The notes under the pieces: generated by a model
Told to the model about the DNA's origin: nothing
Seen by the model: the letters and a program-made list of their open reading frames with translations, nothing else
The model's database searches: none
Assembly (NCBI GenBank): GCA_030615175.1
Contig: JAUWZX010000001.1
Location: forward strand, 179,840-199,839
From: Candidatus Parvarchaeota archaeon
Lineage (GTDB): Archaea > Nanobdellota > Nanobdellia > WJKC01
Direction of reading: 5' to 3'
DNA length: 20,000 bases
Translations under genes and position numbers: made by a program
Shown here: positions 7,851 to 16,011 of the stretch, piece by piece
Numbering within the stretch: the first letter of the stretch is position 1
Layout of the letters: every line of letters starts with the position of its first letter

Positions 7851-10800
7851 TTTTAATCAACTTGTATATCATTATTCCAATTAAAATATAAATTATTATG
7901 TTTCCAAATAAGTTTGAAATTAATAAAGAAGCATCACCAATTGTGGTGTGGGGCACAATTGAATAAATTGTTAAGAATAGTCCGCCAAGAAATAAAAATA
8001 ATATTGATAATAATATTAAAATCCCAATCCAACCAAATTCTTTCTTAACATTTTTAATAATCGCTTTAGATTTTTTAATACAAAATGCATAATTTTGATG
8101 CTCTTTAAAATCAATTGATTTGATGTAAATAATAAATAATAACAAAATAATTACTAGTGAAATAGTGAGGGTTATAAAAGAAATAAGCAACCCAATTGAG
8201 TATGTATCTGCCTTAGTAAAAACTAATTGAAAATTGTTAGAGTCATTCAAGAGATAAGCCTGTGCAAAGCTGTTAGCAATTAATGGGCTTGAATCATTAA
8301 GCATCCATGAAGGATGATATGTTTCTGAGAAAACCAAGTAGCCAGGGTTGCTAAATTCATAAGTAATATTCACATGGGAGGAATCAATTCTTTCGTAAAA
8401 GACAGAGTTATTTAACAGCTCTTTAAAATCTGAAACAGCGACTAATAAATCATTAATTCCTGATTCATTAAACTCGAAAATGAAATCATTAATGCCATTA
8501 TGCAGAAAGGAAGAGTTTATGTTAACCCATTCAGAATCGCGCCTTAGAAAAATAGAGTAATCCCCTTGTTTAGGGATAAATAGTGACTGGTTAATGAATG
8601 AACTGTTAAGAAAGCATCCATTGCTTGAATTAAAATTCATTTCAGGATTAAAGAATTTAACTGACTTAATCCTGAATTCATAATAACCAGGCTCCGCGTT
8701 CTTTCCTATTTTTTTATGCACACGAATGCCTAACTTTGTTAAATTAAGAGCTGAAGCATTGTTGTCTATTACTGCTTGTTTTAGATTATAAATATAACTA
8801 TTATAGTCACTGGATGTATACACACTCCATCCTACATCAATTATTTTTTCATCATCAGTAGTAAAGGCGACTTCAATGGTTTGGATTTCAGGATTGTTAA
8901 CAGCACTTATAACTTCAAGGTAAGGGTAATCAAGTAGGCTGACATTAATTGACTTGAAAACAACTGCAAATTCGTCGACAGATGCATTGTTAAAGAAATA
9001 AGTAGAGAAGTTGCCTTCAATATATTCCTTATTGAATGTGCCTTTTAAATCACACTTATCACCACAACCATGTAAATTGACGCCAACACCTTCAAAACTA
9101 AAAACTTTTTCAGGTATGTCGCAGGATATTTCTCCAAGTTCTGAGTAAGAAATAATTGACTTACTTGATGAGTAATTAATGAATTCAGAGTAAGCATTAT
9201 TAAAGACATTAACAGGCACTAAGGCAATTCTTGAAATGATGTTCTCACCGCTAAGAGGAGTGATTGTTAGATTAGAGTCAGAACTTATAAGGATTTTATC
9301 CCAAGTGAATCTTTCCGAAGGATTAATAATGTGTTCAGTTCCATTAAAGTTAATAATGATGCCATCTGTGGATAAGTATTTAATTAGCAAATAAGAATCT
9401 TTAGTAGTTGAGATGGGGAATGAGATAGATTTGTTAGACAATGTAAATATGGAGTCCTCAAGTCCTTGCGAGTAGTAAGTGTTATACCACCACCAGCCAA
9501 AGTCATAACCATACAATGGAGTCCAGGACTTTCGCGCATCACCAGACGTGACGAATGAAGCAGGGTCAAACTTATACTCGTCATGAATTAATGAAATAAC
9601 AAAGTCTAAATATTCTTCATTAACAAGCAAGTAATCAACATTAAAATTAGGCTCTTGAGCAGCAAAAAAGAAGGCAGGCTTGGAATAATTAAGCAAGTCA
9701 TTAATATAAGAAAAAGAAACAAGTGATGATAATCCTCCAGAAGCAAGAAATGATGAATCAACAGCATAAACGCGTGGCAGGAAAGCAAGGTTGTCATAAT
9801 AGTTAATGAATGTGCACTTAGTTAAGTTTAGATCTGCCTGATTACTTAATACTAAATTAATCCAATCATTATTAAATGATAATGACTGAGGGAAGTCTCC
9901 CATATAAGAATGATTAGGGAAATCAGAGTAAAAGTCAAAGCGCTCGTAAATATTGCGGACACCGGCGAGTCCCAAAATAAAGCCGAGGTGGTTAGTTATT
10001 GGCTCGTGCAGTAAGTTAATGACAAAAGCAGTGAATTTATGACGGGGTTCTGATGAATAAATTATTTGGTCAAATGTGTCTTTGGGGCTGAAAGCAACGA
10101 TTGGGTCAATACCAACATAAGTGTAATTCTTGTATTTAATTGGTTGAGTTAAAGGGGTATATAAGACTCTGTAATCACTAAGGTCCTTATCAAGTGACTC
10201 GGCTAAATGAATCAATGTCCTGTCAAAGTCAACGACTTGAACCCTGCCAGCAAAGTCTCCAGTGAAGAAAGGGAAACTAATAATTAATATTAAGCCAAGA
10301 GTTAATGGAGCAATGAATAATTTATACCTTCTGAAGTAATTAATAACATGAGAGTAAGATAAAAGGAATGTCAGGCAGAAACCGAAAGCAGTTAGGAACA
10401 TTAAATGATAAACTTCACGAAATAAGAAATTAAAAGGCATATTCTCATAAATGAATCCAAAAGGAGGGCTAATCCCTGTAGAAATAATAAGTCCTAGAAT
10501 CCAGATAGTTAAAGCAAAATAATATACTCTATCTTTTTTGAAGATTAAGCGTGCAAGAGCTGTTAGAATAATTATTAAGAATGAGAACCCCCAGACATAG
10601 AGATTGCTTGTTTCAAGCAGTGAGAACATGAAGTGGCGGTACCCAATAAGGAATAATGATTCAGTAAGTGATGGGCTTAATTCAGAAATCCATTCAGTGC
10701 TTGTTCCGCCAGCATGACTAACAACGCTTGAAATATCTTGAAATAAGAGATTAAGAATCCAAGGAGAATGAACTAAGAAATAAGTTATTAAGTAAAGAAT

Positions 10801-11646
10801 TAAAACTAAAAAGAGTTTTTTCTTCTTTTCAAATAATGAATAAAGGAAAAGTATTAAGAAAATCATAATAGTAAGTTGTATCTGTTGTCCAGCAATTGAA
10901 AATAATAATGCGCCAATTAAAATAGTTGAATAATTAAAACCATTTTTTGTGACAGATTTTTTAAAGAGTAAAAGGCACAAAGGAGCAAGGGCATACCCAA
11001 TAATAAACCCGAAGTGACCAGCAACAATTCTATTATAAAGCACTGGGTTAAGTATGTACAGGAGACTGGCAAGAAGGCAGGCAATCTTATTCTTAGTAAA
11101 AGATTTTGACAGTAAATAAAAACTTAGTCCAGAAAGAAGGAGCAATGAAATGGAAAAAAACTTTGAAAGAAAGGCTCCGCCAGCACCGAGGCCTGAAGCG
11201 AACCAAGAGAAAAGATTGAAAATAAAAGCTGTTGTATAACTCCTGTACTCACCAAGTCCTGGAGTGAACCATGGAGTAAAATACTGACTTGTGTGGTAAT
11301 TAAGCTCGGGAGCAGTCTGTGGAAAAACCCAGTCATGATGTAAAGCAATAACACCATTTTGAGAAAGGATGTTTCTAAACGATATGAAGGCAAGGAAAGT
11401 CAGGATTAAGAGGATTATTGCTGTTGAATGTTTTGAAAGCAGTGGCTTTAAAGACCTTAAAACCTTGCCACGGATGAGGAAGTAAGAAAGGAATGAGAAA
11501 ATAATTACTAAAATAAAGAGCGTGATGTCATGCGTGTACGCGGGAGGCGCAGAAGTGGCAATATTTATACGCTCCTGCGGTCTGTAAATAAAAGCAAGCA
11601 CTAATAGAGCGAATATTGGAATAAGCCAACCTAATTTTAACTTCAT
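7843..11646 (-). CDS. Large GT-C-like membrane protein (YfhO/AftD-like) with a ~690-aa extracellular region and 3 C-terminal TM helices
   Basis: N-terminal multi-TM domain (HHDW, NPVLYNRIVAGH, FRE). YRVLYTP and LGLAGVRNI follow the TM block. NLAFLPRVYA and LVFSETYHPSW...ANSFAQAY resemble YfhO-type C-termini. Confidence 0.7.
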   Translation of the reverse strand: MKLKLGWLIPIFALLVLAFIYRPQERINIATSAPPAYTHDITLFILVIIFSFLSYFLIRGKVLRSLKPLLSKHSTAIILLILTFLAFISFRNILSQNGVIALHHDWVFPQTAPELNYHTSQYFTPWFTPGLGEYRSYTTAFIFNLFSWFASGLGAGGAFLSKFFSISLLLLSGLSFYLLSKSFTKNKIACLLASLLYILNPVLYNRIVAGHFGFIIGYALAPLCLLLFKKSVTKNGFNYSTILIGALLFSIAGQQIQLTIMIFLILFLYSLFEKKKKLFLVLILYLITYFLVHSPWILNLLFQDISSVVSHAGGTSTEWISELSPSLTESLFLIGYRHFMFSLLETSNLYVWGFSFLIIILTALARLIFKKDRVYYFALTIWILGLIISTGISPPFGFIYENMPFNFLFREVYHLMFLTAFGFCLTFLLSYSHVINYFRRYKLFIAPLTLGLILIISFPFFTGDFAGRVQVVDFDRTLIHLAESLDKDLSDYRVLYTPLTQPIKYKNYTYVGIDPIVAFSPKDTFDQIIYSSEPRHKFTAFVINLLHEPITNHLGFILGLAGVRNIYERFDFYSDFPNHSYMGDFPQSLSFNNDWINLVLSNQADLNLTKCTFINYYDNLAFLPRVYAVDSSFLASGGLSSLVSFSYINDLLNYSKPAFFFAAQEPNFNVDYLLVNEEYLDFVISLIHDEYKFDPASFVTSGDARKSWTPLYGYDFGWWWYNTYYSQGLEDSIFTLSNKSISFPISTTKDSYLLIKYLSTDGIIINFNGTEHIINPSERFTWDKILISSDSNLTITPLSGENIISRIALVPVNVFNNAYSEFINYSSSKSIISYSELGEISCDIPEKVFSFEGVGVNLHGCGDKCDLKGTFNKEYIEGNFSTYFFNNASVDEFAVVFKSINVSLLDYPYLEVISAVNNPEIQTIEVAFTTDDEKIIDVGWSVYTSSDYNSYIYNLKQAVIDNNASALNLTKLGIRVHKKIGKNAEPGYYEFRIKSVKFFNPEMNFNSSNGCFLNSSFINQSLFIPKQGDYSIFLRRDSEWVNINSSFLHNGINDFIFEFNESGINDLLVAVSDFKELLNNSVFYERIDSSHVNITYEFSNPGYLVFSETYHPSWMLNDSSPLIANSFAQAYLLNDSNNFQLVFTKADTYSIGLLISFITLTISLVIILLLFIIYIKSIDFKEHQNYAFCIKKSKAIIKNVKKEFGWIGILILLSILFLFLGGLFLTIYSIVPHTTIGDASLLISNLFGNIIIYILIGIMIYKLIKNE

Positions 11647-11669
11647 TAAAGACTCTTGAGTTTTTTTAA

Positions 11670-11679
11670 AATATAAAAA
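11670..11679 (-). promoter_or_regulatory. Putative archaeal TATA box for the 1267-aa gene
   Basis: Minus strand TTTTTATATT, ~24-33 nt upstream of ATG 11646; no SD seen. Confidence 0.5.
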
Positions 11680-11689
11680 GGTTTAGTCA

Positions 11690-12466
11690 TTAGGGTTTCT
11701 CGCCAATAACCCATATTGTCGGGCATACTAGCGCGTATAATGGCGTTTTTTCAATTATTTTAATTAGTTTTATTATTATTTTTTTAAATTTATCATTACC
11801 AAATGGTACATAAATATGAATATACTTTTTAATTTCTTTTTCATTGAATTTTGGATAGAAACCTTTAACTGCGAATCCCTGTTTTATCAAGTCTTTTTTA
11901 ACGTTTCTTAATGTTTTGTAATTAACATGCAAGAGTTCATATTCATTTTTTTTATATCTTCTTAGTGGGATTGCAATGCTTTTAATTATGTTTTCAGTGA
12001 GTAATTTGTATAATTTATTATCCGTGCGTATTATTACTCTGCCTTTATTTTTAAGAACTCTTTTTATTTCTTTTAACCCTTTAATTATTTCCCACTGGTA
12101 TAGGTGTTCAACAATATCCATTAAGAAGACGCAGTTAAACATTTTAGATTTAAACGGAATTCTCTTAACATCTGCTTTCTTTATTGTTATGTTCTCCTTG
12201 CCTTTTGTGAATTTTTTAGATATTTTAATAGCTGAGTCTGAATAGTCTATGCCGTAAGCAAAACATTTATTCTCTGCTATTTGAAGTAATAATTCGCCTC
12301 TGCCACAACCAACATCTAATGCTTTATTTCCTTCTTTTATTTTAGATAGATTGATTGCTGTTTTTAATCTATTATTAATTTTTTTACCTTTTTTAAAAGC
12401 ATCGCATCCAACACAGTTAGTTAAAAAATATTTTTCTGTATAAAGATTTGATGGAGTAGATTTCAT
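11690..12466 (-). CDS. Class I SAM-dependent methyltransferase
   Basis: KALDVGCGRGE, YGIDYS, ADVKRIPF, DIVEHL, EIKRVLKNKG. Confidence 0.88.
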   Translation of the reverse strand: MKSTPSNLYTEKYFLTNCVGCDAFKKGKKINNRLKTAINLSKIKEGNKALDVGCGRGELLLQIAENKCFAYGIDYSDSAIKISKKFTKGKENITIKKADVKRIPFKSKMFNCVFLMDIVEHLYQWEIIKGLKEIKRVLKNKGRVIIRTDNKLYKLLTENIIKSIAIPLRRYKKNEYELLHVNYKTLRNVKKDLIKQGFAVKGFYPKFNEKEIKKYIHIYVPFGNDKFKKIIIKLIKIIEKTPLYALVCPTIWVIGEKP

Positions 12467-12487
12467 ATTTGTAATTATCCAAAGGAG

Positions 12488-12521
12488 TATTTAAATAATT
12501 ATTGATAAAAAGGTTTTTAAG
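12488..12521. promoter_or_regulatory. Back-to-back TATA-like boxes of a divergent promoter
   Basis: Minus strand TTTAAATA (12488..12495), 22-29 nt before ATG 12466. Plus strand AAAAAGG followed by TTTTTAAG (12514..12521), 28-35 nt before ATG 12549. Confidence 0.5.
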
Positions 12522-12548
12522 TTAAAAAAAGTGAATCATTAAGTAAGC

Positions 12549-13415
12549 ATGAAGGAATTAATCATACTACTGCCAACACTGAACGAAGAGAGAGGCGTTG
12601 CCAGGGTAATAAAGACAATACCAGTCACTGCATTAAAGAAATTAAAATACAATACAAGCATCCTAGTAGTTGACGGGCACAGCAAGGACAAGACGAGAAG
12701 AGTAGCTGAGGAAACAGGCGCGCAAGTAATACTGCAAAAAGGCAAAGGCAAAGGAATGGCATTCAAAACAGCACTAAGCATTCTAAAAAAGAATCCTCCA
12801 GACGCCCTAGTAATGCTTGACGCTGACAATACATACAATCCAAAGGAAATGCCTCAAGTACTGCTGCCAATAGTGACAGAAGAAGCAGACGTTGTAATGG
12901 GCATGAGGCAGTCAAGACAGCACGTTATAGGGAATAAATTACTAACAATAGCAGCAAACCTCGCGTTCAGGAATAATATAAAGGATTTATGCACAGGCTA
13001 CTGGGCGTTCAATGAAAAAGCAATAAGAACAATACAAGTGGATGCCAAAGGATTTGACTTGGAAAGTGACTTATTCGCAAAAGTTAATAAAGCAGGACTA
13101 AGAATTACCGGCGTGCCAGTAACTTACAGGAAGAGAATAGGGCAAAGCAAGTTAAAAATCAAGGACGCCTTCAAGATAGTAGGGAGAATAATAAGGAATA
13201 TCAGGGACTGGAACCCGCTCGCATTATTCGGCGGCATGGGCGCGCTAGGGCTTGCAGCAGCATTCTACTTCGGCTTAAAAGTAATGGATGACTTTGTTCA
13301 AAGGGGTTCAGTAGTTGCAGTAAGCACTGCAATATTAACAGCACTACTAGGCATAACAGGATTCTTCTTCTTAATGCTGGGATTACTACTTGACTTCCTG
13401 GAGCGAAGAGTATGA
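12549..13415 (+). CDS. GT2 dolichol-phosphate glycosyltransferase, AglJ-like
   Basis: LLPTLNEE, VVDGHSKDKT, QKGKGKGMA, MLDADNTY (DxD), DLCTGYWAF, RDWNPLALFG, then two TM helices. This layout resembles archaeal AglJ-type enzymes. Confidence 0.85.
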   Translation: MKELIILLPTLNEERGVARVIKTIPVTALKKLKYNTSILVVDGHSKDKTRRVAEETGAQVILQKGKGKGMAFKTALSILKKNPPDALVMLDADNTYNPKEMPQVLLPIVTEEADVVMGMRQSRQHVIGNKLLTIAANLAFRNNIKDLCTGYWAFNEKAIRTIQVDAKGFDLESDLFAKVNKAGLRITGVPVTYRKRIGQSKLKIKDAFKIVGRIIRNIRDWNPLALFGGMGALGLAAAFYFGLKVMDDFVQRGSVVAVSTAILTALLGITGFFFLMLGLLLDFLERRV

Positions 13416-14446
13416 AAATAGCAATAGCTCACTTTAACAGGTTGAAGAATGACGGGTTCGCACTATACATTGAAGAATTAAAGAAAGCACTGAAAGAACA
13501 TGAAGTTGATGTGTTAATAAGCAATAACACTGAATGGGAAACTGACAAGACGATAATAGGATTAAGGAAATTCATCCCATACAAATTAGGATTAATTGAT
13601 GATTACTATGCCAAAAAAATTGATGAAAACTATGATTACTTATGGCTAAATTGGTTAATATGGAGTGCGTTCGGACCAATAGCACTGAAATTAAAGAAGT
13701 GCAAGTTAATATTTGATTATCACGGACTCACTCCACAAAAATTCCTTAAAAACTGGTTATACAGATTACTAATTAAGAAAGCAAGCGACTTGAATAAAGA
13801 ACTCGCAAGTAAGGCATCACTAATAATCACTCACTCAAGATTCACTATGAAAGAATTAGGAGTCAGCAAGGCAAGAGTGCTGCCACTACCTGTTTATACA
13901 AGAAGAAAAGGCAGAGGCAAAAAAAGTGATTACTTATTATACGTTGGCAGGATAACTCCAAACAAAAGAATTGACATTATAATAAAAGCTCTTAAAGGAT
14001 TGAATAAAGAATTATTGATTATAGGTAATTACAAGCGCTCAAAAGAATACAGGAATGAGAAAAGAAAGCTGGACAAATTAATCAAGGAATTAAGAGTTAA
14101 AGTGAAATTCCTGGGACAGGTAAGTGATGGTGAACTGAATAATTATTATAAACAAGCATTTGCGTTCGTAACTGCAAGCGAGCATGAAGGTTTCTGCGCT
14201 CCAGTCATTGAAGCAATGAGTCAGGGAACGCCAGTAATAGGGGCAAGAGCAGCAGCACTAATAGAAACAATAAGTAGTGACGGATTATTATTCAAGCCAG
14301 GTGATTACAGGGACTTGGCGAGGAAAGTAAGAATGCTTGAAAATAAAAGATTATATAATTCATTAGTAAAAAGGGGTTTAAGAAAAGCTAAGAATCACTC
14401 GGCAAGTAATTTCAGAAAGAAAATCCTAAGTTTTCTTAATTTTTAA
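13412..14446 (+). CDS. GT4 (GT-B) glycosyltransferase
   Basis: ATGA overlap; DYHGLTP, LLYVGRITPNKRID, SEHEGFCAPVIEAMSQGTPV (E-x7-E). Confidence 0.92.
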   Translation: MKIAIAHFNRLKNDGFALYIEELKKALKEHEVDVLISNNTEWETDKTIIGLRKFIPYKLGLIDDYYAKKIDENYDYLWLNWLIWSAFGPIALKLKKCKLIFDYHGLTPQKFLKNWLYRLLIKKASDLNKELASKASLIITHSRFTMKELGVSKARVLPLPVYTRRKGRGKKSDYLLYVGRITPNKRIDIIIKALKGLNKELLIIGNYKRSKEYRNEKRKLDKLIKELRVKVKFLGQVSDGELNNYYKQAFAFVTASEHEGFCAPVIEAMSQGTPVIGARAAALIETISSDGLLFKPGDYRDLARKVRMLENKRLYNSLVKRGLRKAKNHSASNFRKKILSFLNF

Positions 14447-14483
14447 TAGAAAACAAATCAAAAATGATTAGTTCATTTAAAAA

Positions 14484-14506
14484 TAATAAGATTTATATAC
14501 TTATTA
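14484..14506 (+). promoter_or_regulatory. TATA box flanked by a 7-bp inverted repeat; putative TA autoregulatory operator
   Basis: TAATAAG (14484..14490), TTTATATA (14492..14499) and CTTATTA (14500..14506). The TATA box ends 24 nt before ATG 14523. Confidence 0.6.
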
Positions 14507-14522
14507 CTCTTATATTAACAAT

Positions 14523-15209
14523 ATGAACTATAAAGAACTAAATAAGCATCCAATAATAACGAAAACAACAATAAAAAAAATACTTGGATGTAAAGATGAC
14601 TATGCTTACACAGTTCTAAATAGGTTGCTTAAAAGAAAAAAAATTAAAAAAATTACAAAAGGGAAATACACGACAAAAGATGATATATACCTTATTGCAG
14701 CAAACTTATACAGCCCAAACTACCTTTCTTATTGGAGTTGTTCCTATTATAAAGGTTACACAGAACAAATCGTGAATACAATACAAGTGGTTACTACAAT
14801 GCCGCATAAAAACATCAGCTTCCAAAATTATAAAATTGAATTTCACAAACACGGCAAAAAAATGTTTTTCGGCTACGAAAAAATAAAATATAATAATGAT
14901 TTTATTTTCATAGCAGAAGATGAAAAATTAATAATAGATGCAGTATCCTGTGAAGAATTAATGGGAAATTTTGATGAAATAATAAAGATAATCATAAACT
15001 CTAAAATAAGTAAGGATAAACTAATAAATTACTTAAAGAAAATAAATAATGCTTCATTAACAAAGAGAGTTGGGTTTTTACTTGAAAAATACAAAAACAT
15101 GGACATATCAAGTAAAATCAATTATAAAGACAGGAATTACGTGCAAGTATCAAAATATTTAACTGGAAAAAAAATAAATAAAAAATGGATGATAAAACAT
15201 GATATCTAA
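14523..15209 (+). CDS. abiEi: Type IV toxin-antitoxin antitoxin / transcriptional regulator, AbiEi family
   Basis: N-terminal wHTH-like LNRLLKRKKIKKITKGKY, then YLSYWS...YKGYTEQI, FFGY, EKLIID and KRVGFLLE. Overlaps the downstream nucleotidyltransferase by 11 nt. Confidence 0.82.
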   Translation: MNYKELNKHPIITKTTIKKILGCKDDYAYTVLNRLLKRKKIKKITKGKYTTKDDIYLIAANLYSPNYLSYWSCSYYKGYTEQIVNTIQVVTTMPHKNISFQNYKIEFHKHGKKMFFGYEKIKYNNDFIFIAEDEKLIIDAVSCEELMGNFDEIIKIIINSKISKDKLINYLKKINNASLTKRVGFLLEKYKNMDISSKINYKDRNYVQVSKYLTGKKINKKWMIKHDI

Positions 15210-15948
15210 AGAAAAACTAAAAGAATACGCTAAACTAAGAAATTATAATCTAGGACAAGCAGAAACAGATTATTTTCAAGAAATCATCCTTTTCATATTA
15301 TACCAAGAACTGGGTAAAGAATTAATATTTAAAGGAGGAACAGCTCTAACAAAATGTTACGGCTTTGACAGGTTCTCACAAGACTTGGATTTCACAGTTA
15401 TTATTGAAAAAGATTTTCAGAAAATAATCTCCAAAGGCCTTAAAAGATACTACTTAGATTTTGAAACAAAAATTAAAACATTTAAAGACTCCATTAACTT
15501 AATCTATAAAATAAAAGGACCTCTTTATAACGGACAACCAAATTCATTATGCAAGACCTCATTAGATTTCAGTACTCCTGAAAAAGTATTAATTCCTCCA
15601 CTCATAAAAAGGATAGGTCTCTATGTAGAAGAAATTCCATCCTTTGACATCATAGTTATGGCAGAACAAGAAATACTGGCTGAAAAGATAAGAGCCCTGA
15701 TTACAAGGAATAAAGCAAGAGACTTATACGATGTTTATTTTTTAATTAAAAAAGGAGTAAAAATGGATTTTAATTTAATTAATCATAAATTATCCTATTA
15801 CTCTATTAAGTTCAGTTCACATTCATTTAAGAAAGCTTTAAAATTAAAAGAAAAAATATGGTCTAATGAATTAAAATACCTAACCAAGAATGTTCCTAAC
15901 TTTAAAGAAGCAATAAACATTGTTCTAAAGGAAATGCCTAAAACTTAA
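15199..15948 (+). CDS. abiEii: Nucleotidyltransferase toxin, AbiEii/DUF1814 family
   Basis: LIFKGGTALTKCY, RFSQDLDF and EILAEKIRAL...KARDLYD; all recognisable family motifs. Confidence 0.9.
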   Translation: MISKEKLKEYAKLRNYNLGQAETDYFQEIILFILYQELGKELIFKGGTALTKCYGFDRFSQDLDFTVIIEKDFQKIISKGLKRYYLDFETKIKTFKDSINLIYKIKGPLYNGQPNSLCKTSLDFSTPEKVLIPPLIKRIGLYVEEIPSFDIIVMAEQEILAEKIRALITRNKARDLYDVYFLIKKGVKMDFNLINHKLSYYSIKFSSHSFKKALKLKEKIWSNELKYLTKNVPNFKEAINIVLKEMPKT

Positions 15949-16011
15949 AGACCGCATTATAAATAAAAAGTTGTAGAGAATGTTGAGAGAGTGCAAGAAA
16001 GGCTAATAATT

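Noticed and set aside
9384..11393. Short alternative-frame ORFs 9384..9584, 9606..9797 and 11124..11393
   Set aside because: Nested out of frame in the 1267-aa gene; no recognisable features.
11648..11665. Imperfect palindrome AAAGACTC-TT-GAGTTTTT before the 1267-aa start (also AACAG-CAA-CTGTT at 593..605)
   Set aside because: Short, mismatched, and the two do not share sequence; compatible with chance.
11976..12838. ORFs 11976..12245 (+) and 12539..12838 (-)
   Set aside because: Antisense shadows of the methyltransferase and GT2 genes.
14447..16011. Mobile element boundaries around the TA pair
   Set aside because: No terminal inverted repeats, target-site duplication, integrase or transposase found by eye.
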